A DNA stretch of 64,000 nt from positions 12,090,001-12,154,000 of the forward strand of contig JBHGNT010000014.1 in NCBI GenBank assembly GCA_043228905.1. The letters run 5' to 3'. The notes beneath the pieces were generated by a model. The model searched no databases, was not told the origin of the DNA, and was given only the letters and a program-made list of their open reading frames with translations. This stretch comes from Azolla caroliniana. Taxonomy: Eukaryota > Plantae > Polypodiophyta. Made by a program: the position numbers and the translations under genes. Of the stretch, positions 1-11,362 are shown piece by piece (positions within the stretch are counted from its first letter, which is position 1; every line of letters begins with the position of its first letter).

Positions 1-1787
1 TCCTGCTGTTTTAGCAGTTGGTTTGGTTGCTCCAGCATTAGTTGCTTTTGTTGTTCTAGCAGTAGTTGTTCATAGTTTCCAGTCACAATGGCCGGGGGCT
101 CGGCACATCCAGGACCATTCGCTAGACGGCCCCGGCCTCGTCCCACATGGACCTTATATTTGAGATAATTGTAACGGCCTCGGTTTCCCACTGCCCGGCC
201 CTTCCGGACTCGGTGCGGCCGATACGCTTGGCCCAACACTTTGCCACTATATATACTTTGGGTACACAATGGGTGATCCTCTTGACATGCATAGACATAT
301 CCATCATCACATGATTTCTTCTTAGGCTCGTGACTGCTGGTGGCATGAAAAAATTCATTCCTACAAGGCCATGGGGATGGTGCTACTTTCACAAGCTTCT
401 TCTTCTCTAATGATCTAACTGTAGGATCGTGGTGATGACGACGATGACGATTCGTATCCCGTATACATCTTGTCGGAAAATTATTGGTAGTCATCAAGGA
501 ATCTGTATGTCGATACACATCTCTCGAGCACATTGATGATGCCATTTCATGATTAGCCGCATTGATTTGCTTGGTATTACTTGCGGTGCTCGCACAATAT
601 TTACATGGGGTAGTAGCCCTTGTCGGAGTGCGATTTGGATCGTCAGTGCTCCTTGACCTAATCATGTTTGGGCAGGACATGGTGCTCCTCCTGTTTGTAG
701 GGCTCCCCGAATTCGCCGAATGCTCGAGCCTAGTGATTTGCTGCGCGGACTCAAGATCGTAAAGCTTTTCCGAGCCATTGAGTACCTTCCATGGGGCTTT
801 ACCAATAAGCTGCTGCTGTTTGAATCTTGTATAGTTTGTTATATGAAGCCCCTGGGGCATGGGATCCTTTACAATCACACAAGAATGACCAGTATTAGGG
901 TTAGGACTAATTATATCATTACTGTGATGAATGATGGTATGCCTAGTGGGATTAGTAATGGAAGATGAGCTGATTTGTCTCTTGAGGCTTCTAGGTGAAT
1001 GACAAGGGGAGGAAACCAGAGAGGAACAATTCCTGTACACATTCAAGTTCTCCTTCATTGCAATGTGCTCATCTTTAAATATCTCCATATTCTTACAGGC
1101 AGAGCTCTTGCCAAATGAATCAGAATCACAGTTATTGTAATCTTCATTTAAAATAGGGCTTGAAGGCATTAGCAGGCCATATTGATGATGATATTCATCA
1201 TCATCATCATCATCATCATCATAGTTGTTGTGATTACAGTAATCTAGGTTCCTCTTGTTACCATTAACTATATGATTACTTAGGTTTTTCAACTTGGATT
1301 GAAGCTCCTGAAGGTCCAATATGATTTCATTAGGAGAATAAGCAGATTCCAAAGCAGCACATGGGTCTCGACTATCCTGATGAGAATCACTATACAAATC
1401 AACAAAGGCTGCTTCTTCTTTAATTGATCCTTGTAGAGGGTTGCTCTTCCTCCATGGACTATCATTACAACTGCTATTGGAATTGATCATGTTGCTTTTG
1501 TCTTTGTAATGATTGGGAATGCCCTTACAAATATTGCCCTTTTTCTTCTTCATCTGATGGGAGGCTCCATTGCTAGGAAGCTTGATGTGGCCCTTGCCTT
1601 TAGCACTAGAAGCAGAAGTTGAAGCAGAGGAAGGAGAAGAAGAGGAAGAATTAGATGGTCTTTTAGAAGCCAAATCTCTGTAACTAGTATAAGTGTTCAA
1701 CTTTCTAGGCTTAGTCTCTTTGAATTTGCAATACCAAATCACCTGGGGCATAAGGTGAGCCAGCTTAATCCACCTGAGCTTGGCCAT
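1..1787 (-). CDS. OVATE family protein-like (OFP) N-terminal part; single open exon, truncated by the window edge
   Basis: Manual translation from the ATG at 1787 gives 595 uninterrupted codons to position 1. The N-terminus MAKLRWIKLAHLMPQVIWYCKFKE resembles the OFP N-terminal motif (e.g. RLSDMIPNAWFYKLKD). It is followed by Ser-rich and poly-Asp ((CAT)n near 1195-1221) low-complexity sequence. The OVATE domain would lie outside the window. Confidence 0.7.
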   Translation of the reverse strand, partial: MAKLRWIKLAHLMPQVIWYCKFKETKPRKLNTYTSYRDLASKRPSNSSSSSPSSASTSASSAKGKGHIKLPSNGASHQMKKKKGNICKGIPNHYKDKSNMINSNSSCNDSPWRKSNPLQGSIKEEAAFVDLYSDSHQDSRDPCAALESAYSPNEIILDLQELQSKLKNLSNHIVNGNKRNLDYCNHNNYDDDDDDDDEYHHQYGLLMPSSPILNEDYNNCDSDSFGKSSACKNMEIFKDEHIAMKENLNVYRNCSSLVSSPCHSPRSLKRQISSSSITNPTRHTIIHHSNDIISPNPNTGHSCVIVKDPMPQGLHITNYTRFKQQQLIGKAPWKVLNGSEKLYDLESAQQITRLEHSANSGSPTNRRSTMSCPNMIRSRSTDDPNRTPTRATTPCKYCASTASNTKQINAANHEMASSMCSRDVYRHTDSLMTTNNFPTRCIRDTNRHRRHHHDPTVRSLEKKKLVKVAPSPWPCRNEFFHATSSHEPKKKSCDDGYVYACQEDHPLCTQSIYSGKVLGQAYRPHRVRKGRAVGNRGRYNYLKYKVHVGRGRGRLANGPGCAEPPAIVTGNYEQLLLEQQKQLMLEQPNQLLKQQ

Positions 1788-3508
1788 TCAAATTTTTTGT
1801 AAAAAGCTCTCAAAGTCTTAAAGAGGATTAAAACCTTCAGTTTTATAAAACTGAATCAGATAGGAGGTTTTTGGAGCCCAACTATGTATAAAATCTCTAG
1901 AGATGTATGTATGTTTTTTACATGTGGGCAATTTTTGGGGGCTTCTAATAATAGAGGAATTTGGGTGGGTTTAAACCTTTGGATAATAGCTTAGAATAGA
2001 GGAATAAGATAAGGCTAGCCTAGTCTATTATTATATAGAGTATATGTATAGAGGAGCAATGGAAGCTCAATCATATTTACATACACACATATATATTTGG
2101 ACAAATTTAATGAATGGGGAGGCTTTACTTCCTTTGGGTGGGTGGCAATTGTATTCTTTCTTTTTCCACATAAGTCAGAATATCAAATCAATACACGTGA
2201 AACTTTATGACTAATTATGAGCCCCCCCAAAGGTGACACACAAACTATACAAAGATTTTGGAAAGGATCCTCCTCATCTCATGGATAATAATGTAGCAAT
2301 AATGCTTCAAAGTGTTGTCAAGTCACCTTCACAATCATGCCTAGCACATACATTGAAACTATCAAACCTATGTCTCCAAGCGAATGTAATCCACAAGGTA
2401 AGAAAACTTGTCATGTTTTGAATTTATCTAGGTTCTCTCTTTTAATGGTTTATTCGCTTACTAGAACGTGTATGCATACACACCATGATTCTTATATAAG
2501 ATTTAGGGATATGATGAATCATGATGCATGTTGCATTATAATGCCGAGAACTGCTTCCATTACTCAATAATCACATCCCCCCCAAGCTTTTTCGACTTTG
2601 GATGGCTTCGAGCTTGTGATTGTTTTGTAAAGATTATATTGTTGAGTGGGTGGCCGGTTCATTATATCAAACCAAACATTCTCATATATACTCTTTATTT
2701 TGATCAATCAATACCCTCCTTTAATTGGGACACTCGTTTCTATAATATTCGGGAGGTCCAATGTGCCAATCACATATATTAGGGACATAAAAGTTCCACA
2801 ATAAATATTTGAAAACGGAAATATGCTTTATAGTTGAGTACACTGAACAAATTCTGGCCTACTAGTGCCACACTCTAAAAATGTAAAAAATAAAATACGT
2901 GTGTTACATATTATTCAAATATATTTAAATTATAGATTCCAAGGTATTTATTGAACGCGCGCCTTGTTTGTTTAGTATTTCAATGAAGGTAGTTTTTGGA
3001 CATAATTTGCCCAATATGTGTGATTTTTAATAGAATTGCAAACGTTTTTTTATCTTCTTTTACATAACTCCAATGATGTTTTGTTTTTAATCTTCAATGT
3101 TGGGATCGATATAAATTTCGATGTGGGATGCGGTCCGCAATATGAGAATCTTTGTGAGAAATTAACGCATCAATTTGCCATGCCTCTAATCAACAATGTT
3201 GGATGCCATTATAGGAACTTATCTATCTTAATCTTATAGTAATTCGTACCTATTTTAATTTAACTAAAAAATTTCTCCATAGAGTACAATTCATGCACAT
3301 AATATCAATGTGTATGTAGAACTCACTTGTTCTAATCTATATGGAAATGCCATTTAAGGATTGAGACATGTGAAGCTTTGATTCATAAGGAATCAATTCA
3401 AAGATTTAGAATTTAAACCTTGGTATGCCGAATTTAATTTGCGTGTACATAAAACCTAAATTGTGTACTCCCAATGTTAAACTTGGCTAAATTTGAAAAA
3501 ATCATTTA

Positions 3509-3640
3509 ACCAAAGTTCATGTCATAAAGTGAATTAAACTTGGTTAACCTACTATAATCACCAAAGTTCATGTCATAAAGTGAATTAAACTTGGTTAACC
3601 TACTATAATCACCAAAGTTCATGTCATAAAGTGAATTAAA
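3509..3640. repeat. 51-bp tandem repeat, about 2.6 copies
   Basis: ACCAAAGTTCATGTCATAAAGTGAATTAAA... starts at 3509, 3560 and 3611. Confidence 0.9.
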
Positions 3641-4448
3641 TATTCAATACATTTTACTTACCCAAACAAAATAGAGTTTTGTCACGAGAAATATGCAATC
3701 ATTACATATTGCTAGCAAAAAGTTAGATCAACCGAAGAAGATGAGAAATATGTGAAATCGTTGGTGTGACCTAGCTTAGAGCCTTATAGAGAGAAATGAA
3801 CCGATGGTGTGTCATATAAAAATATTACCCATGCACCTCGTACGTAACCTACCATTTTCTCCACTCTTGAATCTTGGGGTATTTTAAAAAATACCAACAC
3901 TACTATGGTAAGAAGATTAGACCAAATAATCAATATTTCTAACTTTTTAAATTCTCTTCGGATCAAATCTGATTTTTATTATTATTGGAGTGATAAGTTA
4001 ATTAGTAAAATAGCTTGTTTTGATTAATTTCTTATCATTGTTTATAATTGTTGGTATTTTTGGCATTACCCCAAAATAGCATTTTTTGAGAATCTTAGGG
4101 TCCTTTTGAAACTTGATCTAAATAACTTTTTCAAACATGAGTCATTCTCTAGAAGTTTGCTTATTTAATTTTTATTGTTATTGGTTTCTTTTTATTTGAT
4201 TATTATGCATTGGATTGTCACGTAACTCAAGTTAGTAATAACATACGTACAGACACACGATGCAGAAGGTAGTGACGACCACCGAACAGGTGGTGTGTGG
4301 CATGAGCATCGTGACCATTGTGAGGGGTGCTTATAGCACGAACAAGAGGTCGGTTGCGGACCAGCCGCATACATCATCCATGGATGGCCTGTATACGTGA
4401 GCAGGGGAGTCCCCCCCAACTTTAGCCTCATCTATGTGACGAGACAGT

Positions 4449-6505
4449 TGATGGCGATAATAAGTAGAGATGTTGATGTGGAAGATGGTTAAGGACCTAT
4501 CGATTAGTTTGGCAAACAACGTAAGTCGAGATATGCACGAACACACACAGATAGAGAGAGAGAGATGTGCTCAAAGAAAGATTATATATTACATTAACCC
4601 TCGAACTCCAAAAGTACACATTGTTACAATGTTAGGGTGAGCTTATATACTCAAGCCCTAGATCAAGAACGTGTTCACCCTTAGGATACATGGTAGAAGG
4701 AGTCGGCCTTTTATGCCAACAAACTCCCCTGTAAAAGGACTACTCTTTTCTTTTTTAAATAAAGTTATATGGGGTTATCTCCCCCGTAAACCTAGATACA
4801 TTTTTAATCTAAAGTTATAATTACATGTCGGTTAGCATATGGCCAAATTGGCAGAGGTAAAGTCGGAATCTAGCCTAATTCGGCTAGTGGTTCAGATCGT
4901 ATGTCATTCGGGTCTGCTCGTCTGAGTTGGTCGGATTGACTTGTTTGAATTGTCTTGCATTAGAATAAGCTCGTTTGTCTGGATCGGCTCTTGTCCGATT
5001 TTGACTCTCGGCCTCAAGTCGATCGTCTACTTTCTGCTTGTGCTTGCTCCCGTGCTGCTCGCTGGATCCTCGATCTGTCTTCAAGTTCATTCACCCCTTG
5101 ATCGTCTCTTCTGCAGTCAGTATCCTTGCTCAATGCTGCATTTTTAGCCTCTTGGCATTCCGATTCTATAGACTTTGCTCTTTTGGTTGGTCTAATCGGG
5201 TCGATCTTCGACTTATGTTCTTGTTTGAATCCCTTTAAGACGAGCCGAGCTTTGTATTTGGGCTTTTCCGAATCGGATACATGTTTGTATTTGAAGACCC
5301 ATTTGTAGGGCAACAACTTCCTTCCACATGGTAATTCAACCAACTCCCATTTTTTATTTTGATGAATCAAGTCCATCTTAGATTTCATGGCTTGTCGCCA
5401 TGTGTCGGCGTCTGGTGTGGCTATTGATTCCTCGTAGGGGCTCAGTTCGCCTACAGATTCCGTGTAATTGACAAACTCTAGGCCCAATTGATAAAATTTT
5501 GTTGGCCTTCGGACTCGTCCGGATCTCCTGGGTGCCGATTTTGTTGGTTTGATTTCTTCAATTGGCTTGGTCGACCGATTGGTATTATTTGAACCGTCTT
5601 CAGGAGTCCTTTTGGATGACTCATTCCTGGAATAGGATTTCTGCGATTGTTTGGTCATCCTCCCCAACTTTGAGATTGATGGACATAAGGATTAGTTCCT
5701 TTGTTGGTTCGGTTCGGCCTCTTGGCACCGTAGCCTGTTTGGGCGAGTTGGTCATGTCGACTCTGTCATTTCGCCTCCTGTCAATCTTGTAGTCGAATCA
5801 ATTTTGACTAGTGGACCTCTTGCCAATTTGGATTCGATAGAGTGATCATTGGCTTGGATTTCTTCGACAGTTTGTCGAATTGCCAATTCGGTCTGGTGGG
5901 TTAGTCCTTCTACGACATCTTTGTTGATTTCGACGGAAAACTTTTTGCTGACCGTGTTGTCGTGGAGGATTCCAACCACTAAGAGAAAGGGTTGTCGGAT
6001 GCATGTGAAAATGGGGTGTGCATGTATGTGTGTGAACTCGATCTAATGTACAAACAAATGTTAATATCGGGGTATTAATAAGTACAAGGTAGGAGTGTTT
6101 AATAGGTATTTTTATGATCCTGCAAAAAGAGGGGAATATAGTGTGTGATGGCAGAGAATTGGGGGAGGATCTCTGACAAGAGTGGTTGTCATAACATAGG
6201 GTGAGGCCTCTACTTGCGTAGGAAGCCCGTGTACTCCTGACCAGAGGCTCGCTAGTCCGTGAGTGTGACTATTGAGCTCGAAGCTCTGCTAACCGTTAGG
6301 TGGCCATCACTATCAACCGGTCTAGTCTGGTTTGTGACATATGACCGAGTCGGCCATGCCATAGGTTCGAGTCCCACGATTCGACTATGTTCACAGCTCT
6401 GATACCACTTGATGGAGATAATATGTAGAGATGCTGGTGTAGAAGATGATTAAGAACTTGTCAATTAGTCTAGAAAACAATGTAAGTCGAGATAAGCATG
6501 AATAC

Positions 6506-6540
<35 letters not shown>

Positions 6541-6693
6541 TGCTCAAAGAAAGACTATATATTACATTAACCCTCGAACTCCAGAAGTACATACGTTACA
6601 ATGTTAGGGTGAGCTTATATACTCAAGCCCTAGATCAAGAACGTGTACACACTTAGGATACAAGGTAGAAGGAGTCAGCCTTTTATGCCAACA
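4449..6693 (-). mobile_element. Internally deleted Ty1/copia LTR retrotransposon (about 2.2 kb)
   Basis: Diverged LTRs at 4449-4721 and 6410-6693 (TG..CA). PBS for tRNA-iMet (revcomp TGGTATCAGAGC, 6396-6407). PPT next to 4721. TSD ACAGT/ACAAT. Confidence 0.88.
5014..5667 (-). pseudogene. Copia reverse transcriptase N-terminal remnant
   Basis: WRQAM...WELVELP...KWVFKYK...YKARLVLKGFKQ, after which similarity ends. Confidence 0.85.
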
Positions 6694-6698
6694 ACAAT

Positions 6699-8620
6699 TG
6701 ACCTTGTGTTGACGGAGGAGGATAAAGTTATCATGTTGGGGAAGGTACAACGGTTGGATGCATTTTTCTTGGTAGTGTAGGTCCAAGGTTCGTGACCTAA
6801 TAGATCGAAACTCCGTCATATTTTATATGCTGCTTTTTCGGAGGAAGTGGATAACATCCTCGACATTCAATAGTTCACAGCTAGAGGATGCTATCACGTG
6901 GAACTTGTAGATGAGGAGTCCGTCATCAGGATATTAGTGATTAAGGAGGCGGGCATGGAAGGTGTGTGGGTTTCTTTTCATAAATGGTCGCATAAAGTTA
7001 AGGTGGACGAGATTTTGTAGGATCAGGAGTCTAGTATGGTTTTTACGGATATATTCCCTGGTTTGAGGAAGGAGTGAAGGAATGTTCTTCCTCTCATTGG
7101 GTCTTTGTTAGGTAAAGTCATTGCGACGCATGATTGGATAGATTTCTAAGACAAATAGAGTGGGTGAGGTCCCAACTATTCGGTTGCTCACACCAAAATC
7201 TCTTCGTTTGCCGACAACTATTTCTTTACCTAATATGCTTATAAATAAACCATTGGTTTTGAAAAAGGTGTATGATCAAGGTTTGCTTGATCAATGTTTA
7301 GTGTGCCGTCAGTTTGGTCATTTAGGTTGAGATTGTCAAAAGCGACGTTTGAATGTTGAAGCCCATTCACCTATTCTATCAGCTGCTAATAATGATGATT
7401 GGTCTACAGTTTTTGCAAAACATGTTTTTAAGTCGTCTAGTATGTTGGTTAATCCATTGTTATTACTTGAAGTTAACACTTATCACTCTTTGCAAGAAGT
7501 GGAAAAGGATGCAGGTATTAGTAAAGTGGATACGGTCTCTCCCCACCAGTTTTCACAAAGGAACATTGTGTGTAACATAATTCGCAGGACATACTTTTGC
7601 AAGTACAAACTTTAGAATCTATTTAATCAACTTAATAAGGGTAAACAATTTGTTTTCGATCAAGTACAACAAGATGATATGTCCCTAGTTCTAAATTATG
7701 TTATAAAAAATGAAGTGGTCAAGGTAGACCTTGCACATGTTGACATGGATTGTGAGAATATAGTTGTTGTCACTTCAGCTACTAGGTCTTTTGATAGGGA
7801 TTCTACAGTAGACAAGCACATGCCAATGCGTTCATATAAGTTGAATGGAAAAGTCATTTGGTCTTGTTGAGAGACAAGCTCAAGATTCAGTGTGTAATCG
7901 GGTGCGTAAAACAGTTACGCACAACATGGCCATAACGGTGCGGACACCGAGAGGCCGTAAGAATGATATTTCTCGTAAGGAATAGTCTTGGGAGTAACTG
8001 TAGTAGGCTCATTTATGAGCAGTCAAGTACTGTCAGTACTTGTGTCAGCCCGATTAAGGGCATGTATAAGAAGTGCTCACTGAGCACGAAATATGTACAA
8101 AGCGTTATTATTTTTGAAATAGAACTGAGTTGTTTGCTCTCTCTCTCTCTCTCTCTCCCACTCCAGCTCCATCTGTGCATTTTCTGTGTTTCACCGAACT
8201 GTCGTTTTCCGAACTGTGTACTTTGTGTTTCGCATACACTTCTGCACACATATTCTTTTACAGGTCGAATAAGAGATAATTGTGGGCCTCAGAGGATGGA
8301 AGGAAGGGTAGAGATGTTGCACTTGCCAAAAGGAGAATAGGCAAAAAAATATGAATGATGGATAGGTTAAATATTATTTCATGGAATGTAAGGGGCTTAG
8401 GAGGCAGCCATTGTTGTAAAGTAAGAAGTGCTTTCCGTCGTCAGTTAAGGAAGTCTTTGATAGGTAGGATTGATGTACTTCTTATTCAAGAGCATCATTT
8501 ATATGAGCAAAGGATTTAGAAATATGGAAACTTGTTGACAAGCGAGTGGAGATAGTTCTAGGTGGCTAAAGTTGGTGATAATAGTTTGAAAACGGGACTT
8601 TGCATTGCAATAAATAATAT
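6699..8620 (+). mobile_element. Degenerate L1 LINE 5' part (ORF1 remnant plus start of the ORF2 APE endonuclease)
   Basis: Zinc knuckle CLVCRQFGHLG*DC near 7295-7337. LNIISWNVRGLGG...DVLLIQEHHL from about 8360. Many stop codons. Confidence 0.7.
7893..8262 (+). mobile_element. Possible solo LTR inside the LINE
   Basis: TGTA...TACA ends, a TATA-like TATAAG near 8066 and a CT tract. No clean TSD found. Confidence 0.35.
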
Positions 8621-9987
8621 TTGGTTGTTTTCTTTCGGGGGGAGGGGGTAAAACGAATACTTGACTACCCATTCGTATTCGTATTCGTTTGCATTCGAAT
8701 GGGAAACCCCATGAATGCGAATATGTCAATCTATGGTACTAAGCATCCAAACACCCTCAAGTGTTGGTAGGACACATCCTTTCTTGTCCACAACCTCAGT
8801 GGGACATCACCTTTCAATGGTACTGAGGGAGACCTGTTGATTTTCAACTTTAGTACAAAAGCCCACAACTTCTGACTGTAGTCATCAATGAACGTCACGA
8901 AGTAGTGCCCACCTCGATGCGATGGAGCATGTACATAACACACATCCATGTGTACCTTTTTTCACTCATGTGACCTAGTCTCTTATGCCATAACTTTCCA
9001 CTCAATTTGGCTACCACATTCACTTCCGACTTGAACAGTTGGGCATGCATCATATACAATGTGCCCTCTTTCTTTGCTCGGGCCACTATGAGGTTTCCTC
9101 AGCAAATCTTCCACTTGCCATTTCGAAAGCTACCATTGTAGCCTTCATCATCCAACCTTTCAGTTGATATTAGATTCAATATGATATCAGGGACATGTCG
9201 AACTTCCCATAGAGTCGGTCGACAACCTGTCGACATCATCAAACTTACACTTCCTATGTCAGCTATCGTGCACTCCCCATTATCTCACCTCTTTACATAG
9301 CCATGGTTCCCAGCTATGTAAGTCGAGAAGCACTCTCTCGACGGAGTGATATGGAAGGATGCACCACATTCGATCACCCAGGTACACTCTTCACTTGCAA
9401 GATTTGTGCTTGCCTGCTCACAAATTAACAAGATCTCCTCTACACTCATAGCTACGATAGATGTGCCCTTTTCATTAGGAATCTTCCTGGGTTCGACATT
9501 ATTACCGATTCCTTTGTCCTTCTTGAGGTGTCAGAAATTCTTCTTGAAGTCTCCAAGTTTTCCATAGTAAAAGCATGTAAGCTTTCCTCTAGACTTGGAT
9601 TTGGCTTCGGATTTGTCCCTCCTTTGTAGACTTCTTTGCTGGTTTCTTCCTCTATTGGTATGTTGAGTTAGGTTTGACTCCGAATAGGACAGAACACCCT
9701 TGTGCTTCCTTCTCGTCTCCTCGTTCAAGATGCTTATCTTTACCACTTGTAGAGACAAGTTTTCTTCCTGACAGGAGGTGTTGAGAGTCATGATTAGATT
9801 CTCCTAGTTGTCCGACAGGGTACACAGTAGTAGGATGGCCTGCATTACATGCTCAAGGTGAAACTTGGTTGCCACAAGTTGGTTCACATACCCCATGAAT
9901 GTGCTTACATGCTCCACTATGCTTTCTCCATCCTTGTATTTTAGCCTCACAATCTTCCTCATCAAAGATGTTTTGTTGAGGGCATTC

Positions 9988-10424
9988 TGTCATGATATGG
10001 CAAGACTCGAACCCATGACCTTAGGTTATATGGGTCGAGCTCTTGACCATTAGATCCTCTATTGTAATACGTAGAATATTATTTTCATTTACATTTTATT
10101 ATAGGAAATTAGTGTATATTCCAGATTTCTCTGGAACATTCTAGAAGCTTCAAGATTACTCCTGAAAACACTATAAAAGAGGGCACTAGGCATTATATTG
10201 AACCAAATTGGTTCAACGCCAGTCTTAAGCCTTTTTAGCCACCATTGTATATTCTCTTCATATAATACATATCTTTCTTATCATCACTCTCTCGATCTCT
10301 CGATCTCTCTCTTTCTCTCTGTCTCGCTCACTTCTTCCTTCTCTCGAAGAAGTTCCACACCTCTCATAGTACTAATCCTTCGTTTAGTACTAATTCCTTC
10401 TCTGTCTCAGTACTGTTCCTGACA
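9988..10424 (+). repeat. 5' LTR of the Tcn1-like element
   Basis: TGTCA...TGACA, TATAAAA at 10172, direct repeat of 22237-22673. Confidence 0.95.
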
Positions 10425-11362
10425 GTTTGAACCAATTTTTTCCTACCTTCTGTCTCTCTCATTTCCTACTAATCTTTTATTCCTCTTTTCTTTCATCCCA
10501 TGGCCACTGTTAGCACTGAAGAATATTGTGAAAGTGTTTTTAGAATCTAAGCCATTGAACATTAGGAGAATATAAAGTATAGATAATTCACCTTTTGAGG
10601 ATAAGAACACGAACTAAGATCTTAGGGAAGAAGTCAAAAGTAAAAGTACGAGACCAAGAGAAAAGTAAAAAGAGAAAACGCAGACTATAAAAAACAGTAA
10701 AAATAGAATGGTCATAACTCCCTCGTTGTTTATCCAAATATCACGTTTAAATATGGATTAGAAAGCTTGTAAAAAGAGCTTTCTATAGCTTTTTAAATCG
10801 CTTAATTTGGATATCGGATGAGGGAGATATGACGATTAGAAGGTTGATGTGTCATAGCTAAAAATAGGGAGATAAAAAGCTTCTAAAAATAGCATGAACG
10901 TGGATAAGAAGAGGAAGGTTATAAAAGAAGAAGTAATATTAGTGAGGAGGGGGGCGAAGAGTGAAAGAAAAGAGTGGATGAGGAGTGTTAGGAAGAAGTG
11001 TCTTTGTGGAAGAGGAAGTGTCTTAGAAGAGGAAGGTCTTTGGTTTTAGTTCAATGTGGAGTTTGTCTCCTTTGTATTCTCTTGATGTTGGAATATCAGA
11101 ATATTCTTATTTCTTGCTCGCTTTCTCTATCTTTTTTCTTAGTTTCTTGAGTTATACTCTCTAATCATAATTACCTAGAGCTATATAATATATTATGATT
11201 TTCAACTCCATCTAATCGGTTTGATCAAGCCCTCATATAGTGTATAACTATCTATTATCTTATACACTCTATCATTTTGGCGCTCCAGGGAGGGCGGATC
11301 CTTTCCGTATAGGAGGGAGAACTTATCATTTAATTGTGTTACTATATTACATTAACTTAGCT

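Noticed and set aside
8636-8730. MITE/hAT-like terminus with ATTCGT repeats at the LINE/copia junction
   Set aside because: No partner TIR or TSD was found in the window.
9997-10059. Functional tRNA genes at the tRNA-like modules
   Set aside because: The acceptor and anticodon stems do not pair properly, so they are reported only as tRNA-like motifs.
11240-11362. N-terminal 41 aa of the 1760-aa ORF
   Set aside because: It starts at a GTG inside the LTR and spans the PBS. The ATG at 11363 is the plausible start.
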